This document shows, one piece after another, positions 50,408 through 59,784 of a stretch of 64,000 nt of DNA. This DNA is from Setoptus koraiensis (taxonomy: Eukaryota > Animalia > Arthropoda): contig CM106586.1 in assembly GCA_048013815.1 (NCBI GenBank), positions 24,242,001 to 24,306,000 of the forward strand, in the 5' to 3' direction. Below the pieces are notes generated by a model that was not told the DNA's origin, searched no databases, and was given only the letters and a program-made list of their open reading frames with translations. The translations under genes and the position numbers were made by a program. Numbering within the stretch: position 1 is the stretch's first letter; the number at the start of each line of letters is the position of its first letter.

Positions 50408-50480
50408 TGGAGACGCCGAGAATCGAACTCGGGACCTCATGCATGCTAAGCATGCGCTCTACCAACTGAGCCACGTCCCC
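50408..50480 (-). tRNA. tRNA-Ala (anticodon AGC), 73 nt
   Basis: Reverse complement GGGGACG TGGCTCAGTTGGTAGAGCG CATGC TTAGCAT GCATG AGGTC CCGAG TTCGATT CTCGG CGTCTCC A forms a complete cloverleaf with A/B boxes. A TTTTT Pol III terminator follows at 50403-50399. Confidence 0.97.
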
Positions 50481-51591
50481 TTTGATGTAGAAATACGAAG
50501 GCCGAACTCAACTGATACTTGTTCAAACTAGCTATAAGTGTACTTTCTCTCATTAACTTCTCGGCCTATTTAAAATTAAGACTAGATCAAGTTTCAGTCT
50601 ATATTATTAACAACTATGGGAACAAATGCTTGAACGGTGCGAGTTAAGATATGAGCCGGAATCCAGTTGAGTTTTCGGTCTGCTAAGCTTGTCTCATATC
50701 GGATTGCTTGAGTCTGTTTGGAACGGGTCTTGGTGGTCAGTTACGATTTTTTGATCTACTTTTCTATGCTGCGTTGGATACATTTAGCGTGGATTATTAT
50801 GAAGATTACTCGTTGAAGGAAAAGGGGTATCCATCCGACGATACGATGAGTGTAACAAAAGTATACCGAAGGTGTCTAGTCTTAAAGTTTTCGACTTGCA
50901 GGTATCCACTAATACAGATGAGAGTGACCAAGCTTATCGAATATTCCAAAGCAATGGATCTTCAAGAGAATGAAGCTAAATATGGAAACTAAGTTAAAAG
51001 GTTAAGAGTGTACTCTCGAGAGTTCAGTGTGTGTTAAATTAAATTAGAAGTTACCATTAAAAAATAATGGTAACTTCGTAGAAACTTCGAACTTGATCGT
51101 TCAAGAGATCTCATTACGCATGACTACATGCTTGTTAGTAAAGCTCGTTGGTACCAAGATTGGTAAACTAACTGATGTGACAAAAAGCAATGGACTCAAT
51201 TGCAATTGAATTAGCATGGGGCCCGCCTAGTTGGCTGCAGAAATCATGTTGAATGTCGCAACAGAAACGGGTTGATAGGGTCAGTGTCACTGCGCCAAAG
51301 TGTCAATATATAAAAACGATGAAATACGAGCACGAAACGATAAGATGTGTGTACTAATAGCTGAAGATGACTGTGCACAAGGAGTCTCTAATGGAGACGC
51401 GAGAATAAGAAAAGATGGGGATAGAGAGATAGTATATAGATAGTCCATGCAGGGCAAGAGGGTGTTCTCAGCTGTTGTTCGGTGCCGACGGCAATGTTAA
51501 TCTGGCATTAGTTTGGTACGAGAAAGAAAAGAACAGAGCGCTACTGCTGCTATGTATTCGAATTTCGACGTTCGAAATAGCACTGCAGGCT

Positions 51592-51592
<1 letters not shown>

Positions 51593-51631
<39 letters not shown>

Positions 51632-51772
51632 TCTCTCTTTTCGCTGGTTCATTTGTTCTGCAGGGACGCATTGTGCTCGTTTCATGATGAAACGAGCCTG
51701 ATGATGCGTGCCCTTGTGCGTCTGAGATTTGTGCGACCAGAAACAACAACAACAACGACAGAAATGGACATG

Positions 51773-51809
<37 letters not shown>
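51593..51809. repeat. (CT)n tract 51593-51638 and (AG)n tract 51778-51809 upstream of the SH3 gene
   Basis: Direct reading. The two tracts are mutually complementary and GAGA-type. Confidence 0.9.
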
Positions 51810-51810
<1 letters not shown>

Positions 51811-52487
51811 AGGCACAGTCCGTGCGCAAAGAAATTAGAGAACCACAGTGATGAGGGGCGTTCTATGGCTCTGACTGCTAGCATTTCATCGTCATCAACT
51901 TCATGAGAAGCATCATTTTCGTCATCGTTGTCGTGCCACATTGTTGTGATAGTTTAAGCGCACAGTATTAGCGTGTGCGTGTCTGTGCGTTTGTGGGTAT
52001 TGGTTGAGCCAGCAACAGTAAAACCAATACCAATACCAGCACTAGTGTGTGTATGCGATAGATAATGATCACTGTGGATATTCTCAAGTCAATCTATTAT
52101 TGTCTATTTACCACAATGTTAGTATACTACTGGTGCTAATTATATTAGTATCACTGCTAATACTCACATATTAATAAGTATATTGGACTGACCTGTTGAA
52201 TCCGACATTGGGAACAAGCCGATTTCAATCGATTCCTGTTGTTTTTTATTTAATATTTTAGCATTATTATTTATATTTAAAATTCAAACGCTGGTGCACT
52301 TGTTGATATGATATCCATATATATCTTACTGGCATGACAAGCCCTATCAACAGCCAGTTACATTTGATGCAATCGAACATCAAGGAACCAGCAGTCAGCA
52401 AACTATAAATAAATTATATCGGATGTTGTTTCACACCGTGTGTATCAAAGACCAATTTATCGAAACAAATATTGTCACACAAGGATA

Positions 52488-53753
52488 ATGTCGAAAAAAG
52501 GCAATGCGCAAACTTCGGCATTTTTATGCCCCATCAAATTTAGCAACAAAAAGTCTAAAAAAACATACGAGAGCCACCTAAACAGCAGCAAACACTCTCA
52601 TTCACTCCCTCACATACATCCAAATTTACGTGTTCCTGGCATTTCTAGTTATCCACCAATTGGTTACAATCTAACCAAAATGTATGTCAGCGAGGATTAT
52701 GATCAAATCGAAGAAGATGAGATAACTGTCAAACAAGGAGACAAAGTTCTTCTTGAGACCATCGATAGGGTAGAAAATGTTGATTGGGCATATGTCTATA
52801 CCACTGATGGAAAATCAGGATTTGTACCAAATTCTATACTATTAAGACTCAATAATAATATCAAGAAGAAAATTATTACTAAATTTAACAGCCCTGAACT
52901 AGCTCTATCCAACACATCTTCTGACAAAGAATGTAGTCGTTTGAGGAAAGAACCGATCAACAGTTTCAGTCTTCGTCATCCCTCCCATCATCAAAGTTTT
53001 CATAATCTTCATTCAAATCGTTTACTTACAAATAACACCCACAACTTCTCCACCATGAGAGCGAGTGACATCTCGAGCAATCAAATTCTCCGTCTTCAGC
53101 AACATTACAATCCTAACCATCATATTATCAATCACAACTCACAGATTGGTATGCCTAGAAGTAACCACCCGTGCCAAAATCCACTCCTATCATCTGCCCC
53201 CGCAACTGTTTTCATGAGTCCTCCATCTCATCGAGGCCATTACCATAATCATAATTTCATCCACATACCATCGCAACAACATTCTCCCAACTTGAATGAT
53301 CTCGCAGACAGTTACAGTAACGATTGTGGACATCGTTACGATAACTTTCCTTCTCTCTCAGATTTTCCTCAACATCCAGATGAAGGTATTACACCAATTG
53401 AGAAGCACGAAAAGAATAATATAGGAGAGTACGTCGTCCTATTTAATTTCACGGCTATGGCCGAAAATGACATCAACGTAGAACCACTAGAAATTGTATA
53501 TGTCCTAAACAAAGATGATCCAGATTGGTATTGGATATCGAGGAAGATTGACAAAAATCAAGGTTTTGTCCCTTCGCAATTCATATGTGAGAGATCTAAG
53601 TATGACGACCAGTTTAATCAGTTAAATAATGAGTCCAAGCAGCCTTCTTGCGACCACTTCATCGATAATCAGTGCGTCAATGGTAACATAGAACTTGTGC
53701 CAGATAAACAGCAAATTATTTATCAAAATCAAAGTTATCATAGACCTGTTTGA
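52488..53753 (+). CDS. SH3 adaptor resembling Dlish/Vamana, with two SH3 domains; ATG 52488 (ORF open from 52440)
   Basis: The N-terminal AFLCPIKFSNKKSKK resembles the Dlish AFLCPV..R..KKK motif. SH3-1 is YVSEDY...DEITVKQGD...DWAYV...GFVP. SH3-2, YVVLFNFTAMAENDINVEPLEIVYVLNKDDPDWYW...GFVPSQFI, closely resembles Dlish SH3-2 as I recall it. Confidence 0.72.
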   Translation: MSKKGNAQTSAFLCPIKFSNKKSKKTYESHLNSSKHSHSLPHIHPNLRVPGISSYPPIGYNLTKMYVSEDYDQIEEDEITVKQGDKVLLETIDRVENVDWAYVYTTDGKSGFVPNSILLRLNNNIKKKIITKFNSPELALSNTSSDKECSRLRKEPINSFSLRHPSHHQSFHNLHSNRLLTNNTHNFSTMRASDISSNQILRLQQHYNPNHHIINHNSQIGMPRSNHPCQNPLLSSAPATVFMSPPSHRGHYHNHNFIHIPSQQHSPNLNDLADSYSNDCGHRYDNFPSLSDFPQHPDEGITPIEKHEKNNIGEYVVLFNFTAMAENDINVEPLEIVYVLNKDDPDWYWISRKIDKNQGFVPSQFICERSKYDDQFNQLNNESKQPSCDHFIDNQCVNGNIELVPDKQQIIYQNQSYHRPV

Positions 53754-54090
53754 AAACTCAAGGTGGTCTGAAACATTTACTTTATTGATCATTAAATTTA
53801 AACATGGTAAACTTAGTAAAAAGATGTCGTCGATGAACTACCGAGTAACTAAAGATTATTCACTGCTGAGGTTGTGTGCAATTATATTATAGTTAGAGTT
53901 GCGTTATAGCGATTTAGTATAGCTTAATGAGCTATTGATTTCAAACCATGACCATACGTGATTAATATAGCCTGTTTGAAAATTCGAAATGCTACCTGAT
54001 AGTAGCATATTATACTTGTGCAATATTTTGGAATTTTACTATATTTGAGAAAAAATTTAACTTGGAGTAAAATGATTTACTTAATTGATC

Positions 54091-55188
54091 CTAAGCTGCT
54101 AATTGGTCCTGAATTGGTCGATCCAGACCCTGACGGTTTCTGAATTCCATGATTTCATTGAACACCAATGCCCTCAATCTGTCCCTAGGTATACCTGGAT
54201 CGTCTACCTCCATGTCGGCTTCGAATGGCTCCGCCATGACGGGCTCATCATCTGGCTCATAGTAATTCCCCAGATATTGATGTTGTAACGCTTCTTCTAC
54301 AGTAATTCTTCTGTCTGGATTGAATGTGAGCATTCGATCCAAGAGATCCAGAGCCAAGGGATCTCCATTAGGATACTTTTCGCTCCAACTGACCCTAGGG
54401 CGACGGTCAGGTAGGCTATTTATGAAATCGCGTGCTCGTTCGTTTCCGATGCTATTAAGATCATCTTGAGATGGAAATCCAAGAACGTTTACTATTTGCT
54501 TCACCTGGTCAAGATAATCTCTACCTGGGAATATCGGTCGTCTTGATATCATTTCTGCGAGGATGCAACCCGCAGACCATATGTCTATGGATCTAGTATA
54601 TCTTCTGGAGTCGAGCATTATTTCTGGTGCCCTATACCATCTGGTGGCGACATATTCAGTTAAAGGTTCAATAGCATAGTCATGATTTGGACCTGCAACT
54701 CTTGCAAGACCGAAATCACAGATTTTCAGGTCACAAGTAGCGTTCAATAATAAATTACCAGGCTTCAAATCTCTGTGTAACACATTGGCCGAATGGATAT
54801 ATTTGAGACCCCGGAGAATTTGATACAGGAAATAACAGATATGATCATTACCTATTTCTTGTTGACGTAGTAAAGCGTGTAAATCAGTTTCCATCAAACA
54901 TTGAACGATGTAAACATCACGCATCTGATCTATATGTGGCGCGCATAAAATGTCTCTTATATCGATGATATTCTCATGGTTGAAACGAGTCAATATTCGT
55001 ATTTCTCGTAACGTTCGTTGACAATATGTCGAATGTTCGAAAGGAGATATCTTCTTGATGGCCACTTTGTTGCCTGTGACGTTATCTAATGCCTGGACAA
55101 CTATGCCATATGCACCCTCATTAATATACTTGAGTTGACTGTACCTAGGGCCTAAATTAAACACTTGTCCTCTGACTACTTCAGCCAT
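54091..55188 (-). CDS. ERK-family MAP kinase (rolled/ERK1-2-like); intronless, start ATG 55188
   Basis: [63 protein letters not shown] and the TEY activation motif in [17 protein letters not shown]. Confidence 0.96.
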   Translation of the reverse strand: MAEVVRGQVFNLGPRYSQLKYINEGAYGIVVQALDNVTGNKVAIKKISPFEHSTYCQRTLREIRILTRFNHENIIDIRDILCAPHIDQMRDVYIVQCLMETDLHALLRQQEIGNDHICYFLYQILRGLKYIHSANVLHRDLKPGNLLLNATCDLKICDFGLARVAGPNHDYAIEPLTEYVATRWYRAPEIMLDSRRYTRSIDIWSAGCILAEMISRRPIFPGRDYLDQVKQIVNVLGFPSQDDLNSIGNERARDFINSLPDRRPRVSWSEKYPNGDPLALDLLDRMLTFNPDRRITVEEALQHQYLGNYYEPDDEPVMAEPFEADMEVDDPGIPRDRLRALVFNEIMEFRNRQGLDRPIQDQLAA

Positions 55189-55476
55189 TGGGATTTTCAA
55201 GATTCAATTGAAGCAATACTCTTTAGTCTTTACATCAATTTTGAAGATGTGATGTGTAGTATGGTTTATTCACAAATGCTGTTTTTTGGGGATTCGGTTT
55301 ATTGACAACGGTAAAATATTTTATAACAGGATGATGAGGTTGACAGTAATGATGATTGTTTTCTGTGTTGTCTCTGTGTTATTGTTCTGCGAATGTAATT
55401 TAAAGCGCGCAATTCAAAAATGGACATTAAAAAAATATTCTTTTTTTTTTTTTAAAATGTTAGCAATATTGTAAGG

Positions 55477-56103
55477 CTAAAAACATCGAGATAATTCTAT
55501 TAGAGCGAGAGCTCCAAGCAATTCGTCTCTTTGATTAATCCAGGCGATATTCGAATAGTTCATAAGCGCTGTCCTCCCTTCGTCTCGTCTTACGCCAGCC
55601 TCTGGGTGCTCTGAGCATCGCCTGTTGGCATGTGTAAATCTGTTCTTACAAATGTTGCATTTAAAAGGTTTTTCGCCTAGCAATTGATATCGTTTCCATT
55701 TAACGTAGTTGATTACCAAAAATATAGTGGAAAAAGAGAAATATTAGCAAAATCTAAGAAGAAAAATATTTATTGGCAAAAAATCATGTTACGGGATCCT
55801 ACCTGTGTGTAAACGCTGATGCGTTCTAAGTTGTCCTGACTGGACGAACGATTTGTGGCAACCGGGGTGATTACATCGGTAAGGTCTCTCTCCTGTATGT
55901 ATTCTTTGGTGGGCTTGCAGTGATTTTTCCCTTGGAAAGGCACGCTTACAAAATGGACATCTTATAGGTGACTTAGATTGAACACCCTCCTTTATCAGAG
56001 AAGATATTTCCTCTAATTTTGGTCGGCCTCTTCTTTGTTGCAGATGAGTGTGTTCCACGTTTTGCTGTTTTTGGCACTGGTTTATTTGATGATATTGTTC
56101 CAT
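55477..56103 (-). CDS. ZNF367: ZNF367-like C2H2 zinc-finger protein; 2 exons 56103-55803, 55676-55477; 166 aa
   Basis: RGRP..., FPREKSLQAHQRIHTGERPY, FVQSGQLRTHQRLHTG|EKPF, RFTHANRRC..HP and C-terminal LLGALALIEL match ZNF367. A phase-1 GT-AG intron of 126 nt gives a 501-nt CDS. Confidence 0.88.
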
Positions 56104-57177
56104 GATTAAGAGTTTAGTGTGTTGAAAAAAAATTAAGATTATCCGTTTGATATATGTTAAAAATTATTCTAAATAAACACAGTTTTGGAAGAAATAGAAA
56201 TAGATGTTGGACTGGTGCGTTGCAGAACTCCAATGACCAATAAACACAACTTCTGAGCGCGAACTTATCGCGCTCACACGATATGAGCGCTCCACTATGA
56301 GCGCCATCAATTGGCGCCCAAGTGTATTGTGCAGCACATCCACAAGCGAAGCACTGTAAGGGATACACCCTGTACGCTCATGTGTTTACATCAGTATAGA
56401 ACCAGCAAAGAGCAACGCGGGTAGGCTCACACAATTGGGCGCCAATACCTCATACCCGATCAAGAGTTTAAAAGAATGGATGTTGCCAGTCACATATCGT
56501 TGTTTAAAGGATTACAATCAGTTTGTAACAAAGTAAGCGTAACTCGAGGCATGATAATCATATTTAAAACGAGATAAAAAGAAACAAATAAAATGAATAT
56601 CATCATGATGAGAGTTCCAGGCCAGCTCAATACCTCTGGTAGTCGACACAATGCCCCGCCGGCCCGCAGCTTTATGCAGCAGTACAGCAGTAAAAAAGAG
56701 CCAATCACGTGTAACAACTGCGCATGACCTATAGAATTTATATAATGGCTGTTGGTTCATGACAACACGCAAATGTTTCAACAGTCAGCGAATATACTGT
56801 ACATTTGCTTGTCGGTATATGCTCACCCCCGCACAAGTCTTGCTGATCGATTTCGTCTATGTGCGCTGTTTGCCTGTCTCTTTATACTCATGGTAATCTA
56901 CTCAAATTCCAGCTATGCACTTTACCATTATACTATGCATTATTCACTGGATAGATGCACGGCTGTGATGCATCCGATTACATTTGCGGATTACGTCCCA
57001 ACATTGTGTCTGCGTGTCTCTTTTAAGGCGTTTGCATAAGCCGGACCACTGAGATCTGCCAACACTTGCGCCATGTAAATATCTATATTTATTATTTATT
57101 GTTACATTATATCTCTAATATAACGACGATATTACAATTATAATTATTACATAATCCATACAATTACAATTCACTTT

Positions 57178-57903
57178 ATGGATTGCTCTCAGGAACAACT
57201 ATTAGACCAAATTAGAAGTAGACGCAAGAACACTTCATTAAGTAGGATTCTAAGCAAAGAGTGGTTTGATGAAAAACACGAACATGGTGCATTACTTAAC
57301 GCCTTACTAAGTCATTACGCTATCAAAATTGAACCTAGATTAGGCTGGGTCCGAAAGAACGCTTGCGACGAATTACAGCGCAATCCCTGTGAAACTGTTG
57401 CAAGTCACATGTGGGGAGTGGCCTACTTAATCACTAAATTGTGTCGTCACCCAAAGTTTCCCATCAAGGATTTCAATCAACTTCTTGCCTTGGAGATGGC
57501 ACTTATTCATGATCTTGCCGAGGCATACACCTCGGACATTACTCCAGTTGATAACATTTCAGAAGAAACAAAGCACAAGTTTGAACAAGAAGGAATGATG
57601 GTGATGATCAACAAAAATGGCTTGTCACCCGAAATGAAGAATCGTCATCTAGATGTTTACAATAGTTATGAGTCAAAAGCTTCAAACGAGGCGAAATTCG
57701 TCAAAGATTGTGACAGATTAGATTTCATGCTAACTGGATTCTTCCTAGAAACTCAGGACAAACACAATTTCGAAGAATTCTACGTAAACTCTATGACCAA
57801 ACCTTTTCACGTTGGACTGGTTCGAGAATTGTGTGAACTCATTCTTACAACTAGAAACAGATTATTTTCAAATTGTACGAGTGCAGAAGCAATAACCAAC
57901 TAA
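57178..57903 (+). CDS. HDDC2: HD-domain protein, HDDC2/YfbR-like 5'-deoxynucleotidase; intronless, 241 aa
   Basis: K.EPRLGWV, ETVASHMW, MALIHDLAEAYTSDITP and EAKFVKDCDRLD motifs. Confidence 0.87.
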   Translation: MDCSQEQLLDQIRSRRKNTSLSRILSKEWFDEKHEHGALLNALLSHYAIKIEPRLGWVRKNACDELQRNPCETVASHMWGVAYLITKLCRHPKFPIKDFNQLLALEMALIHDLAEAYTSDITPVDNISEETKHKFEQEGMMVMINKNGLSPEMKNRHLDVYNSYESKASNEAKFVKDCDRLDFMLTGFFLETQDKHNFEEFYVNSMTKPFHVGLVRELCELILTTRNRLFSNCTSAEAITN

Positions 57904-57961
57904 GGTGAAGAGAAATATCTTCATATTGTTATTAAATACAAAAATCATTTGTAATAAAAAT

Positions 57962-59635
57962 TTAATGTTCTGACTTTTCAGATTTGGTTACCTTTTCGCT
58001 TTTCAACAACATGGGACCATTCTCTAAGGTCTCTCTAAGATCATCGGTGAGCCCGCCTAAGTTGATTGAGGTGAAAAAGTTTATAGCAAACTTAGTATTT
58101 CTTGGATCATCTTTCGGGAAGAGCCCCTCAAATGCTTCTGAATTTTTAGGGTCCTTAATCTTTTCGTCTAATCGTTTCAATGTCAAAGTATCTGTCAATT
58201 CCTCGAACAAAAATTTGACGAATACTCTTCCTGCTGAGGTGGTGGTTTGTTCACCAAGTTTGATAGCCTTGAGAACAGCCCAATCTATTGAATTGGTGGC
58301 GAGCAAATGAGCAAAAAATTTCGCAGTATTCCTTATCCTGTTAGGCTCCTGTCTGTTTATCGTTTCATAAACTGATACAAAGATGTTCTCACAGATTTGC
58401 GCATACTCCTTCTTGTTTAATTTACAAAACAATTCAGCTAGTAAACCGGAAAATTGAGTGTACGTTCTTTGTTGAGCACAAAAGTCTAGCATCATGTAAC
58501 ACAGCTCATCATTAAGATTTTTGGGTATGTTCATTTTAAGTAACTTGTGTGCGCATTCTTCGTGACTCAAGCTAGAACGAATAGTTAGATAAATATTCCT
58601 CCTGAAATCAATTAATTTAGACCCTGTTTCATCAATTATCTGCATTTCTTCTTTTTCTTTTTCTTCGTCATCCTCGTCATCATCACTTGAAGAGTTATCA
58701 ACTGATTGACCGTCATCATCATCGGATGACGTCTCTTCCTCCTCCCCAAGCACGACTTTCTTCAACATCTCATACTTGGCTTCATTTTCGACATAATTTG
58801 GGTCAAATTTAAAATGATTTAACTCCAACTGATAGTCTTGCTGAGTGGGCTCTGTTACTTCGATTTGATGGGTTATCTTATCTTTTTCCTCTATGAGATC
58901 AAGTCCAGGTTTTACTGAGGGGAAGTCTTCGAATTTACTCTTTCTTATCATGTGAACAACCTCAATCATATCTAAAGTTCGACTGTCGAGTTTGTCATTT
59001 AGGTCTGATGTTAATCGTCGTAATTGTTCAAAAACTGCAAATAATCCGCTAGGGGCCAATTCTTCTAGTTTAGCTCCAGCTTCCTTGATAAAGGCTATAG
59101 CTATCTCTATCGAGAATGGTGTTGGTTTCTCCAATAAATGAATTAACACTTGTAGAGCTAGTATCTCATGGACTACTTCTTGGTTTGTTAGATGTGCAAA
59201 AAATCTTGCAGTTGCCAGACATTTGGGTTTGTTGTCAGTAGCAAAGGCCGTCCTATATTGCAAGATTAGTCTATTAACAACTAACAAACCTATAGATGCT
59301 ATTCTTGAATTGATAGCAGTCAACAAAGCAGCATAGACATCTGTGAATATTGGTGACGTCTCTTGAGCTTTGATTAGAGCTGATGCAAATATGCCTTTGC
59401 CTCTAATTAAATTCAGGCCAAATAATTCTCTTATAATAAGTGTTATATTAGATTCGTTTACTCTGTTTATTAAGCCGGTTATTCGTTTACGTAGATGATT
59501 CCAGTTCAATTTTTGGTTTTCCTCTGAGGATTCCTCGAATTTTTCCTGCTTGACTCGCTTGGCCGGAGGTATGTAAACGCCGGATGGTTTGATTGGCCGA
59601 TCATTTTTCGTCCTCTTATTGGTTGAAGATGACAT
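57962..59635 (-). CDS. CWC22: Pre-mRNA-splicing factor CWC22 (MIF4G + MA3); intronless, start ATG 59635
   Basis: GVYIPPAK, WNHLRKRITGLINRVN, RRNIYLTIRSSLSHEECAHKLLK, DFCAQQRTY, TTSAGRVFVKFLF and PRNTKFAINFFTSINLGGLTDDLRE. Confidence 0.96.
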   Translation of the reverse strand: MSSSTNKRTKNDRPIKPSGVYIPPAKRVKQEKFEESSEENQKLNWNHLRKRITGLINRVNESNITLIIRELFGLNLIRGKGIFASALIKAQETSPIFTDVYAALLTAINSRIASIGLLVVNRLILQYRTAFATDNKPKCLATARFFAHLTNQEVVHEILALQVLIHLLEKPTPFSIEIAIAFIKEAGAKLEELAPSGLFAVFEQLRRLTSDLNDKLDSRTLDMIEVVHMIRKSKFEDFPSVKPGLDLIEEKDKITHQIEVTEPTQQDYQLELNHFKFDPNYVENEAKYEMLKKVVLGEEEETSSDDDDGQSVDNSSSDDDEDDEEKEKEEMQIIDETGSKLIDFRRNIYLTIRSSLSHEECAHKLLKMNIPKNLNDELCYMMLDFCAQQRTYTQFSGLLAELFCKLNKKEYAQICENIFVSVYETINRQEPNRIRNTAKFFAHLLATNSIDWAVLKAIKLGEQTTTSAGRVFVKFLFEELTDTLTLKRLDEKIKDPKNSEAFEGLFPKDDPRNTKFAINFFTSINLGGLTDDLRETLENGPMLLKSEKVTKSEKSEH

Positions 59636-59775
59636 AGTTATTTTAGTTAGATGACTACTAGAAAACAATACAAATATTTATACATTGCCGAAACAGATGA
59701 GTAAGTGCACAAACAACAACAAATATTTGCAAAAATCATATGCTTCTTGTTCGACCATGTACTTTCGTCTGAAGA

Positions 59776-59784
59776 AAGATGGCG
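59776..59784. promoter_or_regulatory. YY1/Pho-type motif (AAGATGGCG) upstream of CWC22
   Basis: Match to the YY1 core ~140 nt upstream of the CWC22 ATG. Motif match only. Confidence 0.35.
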
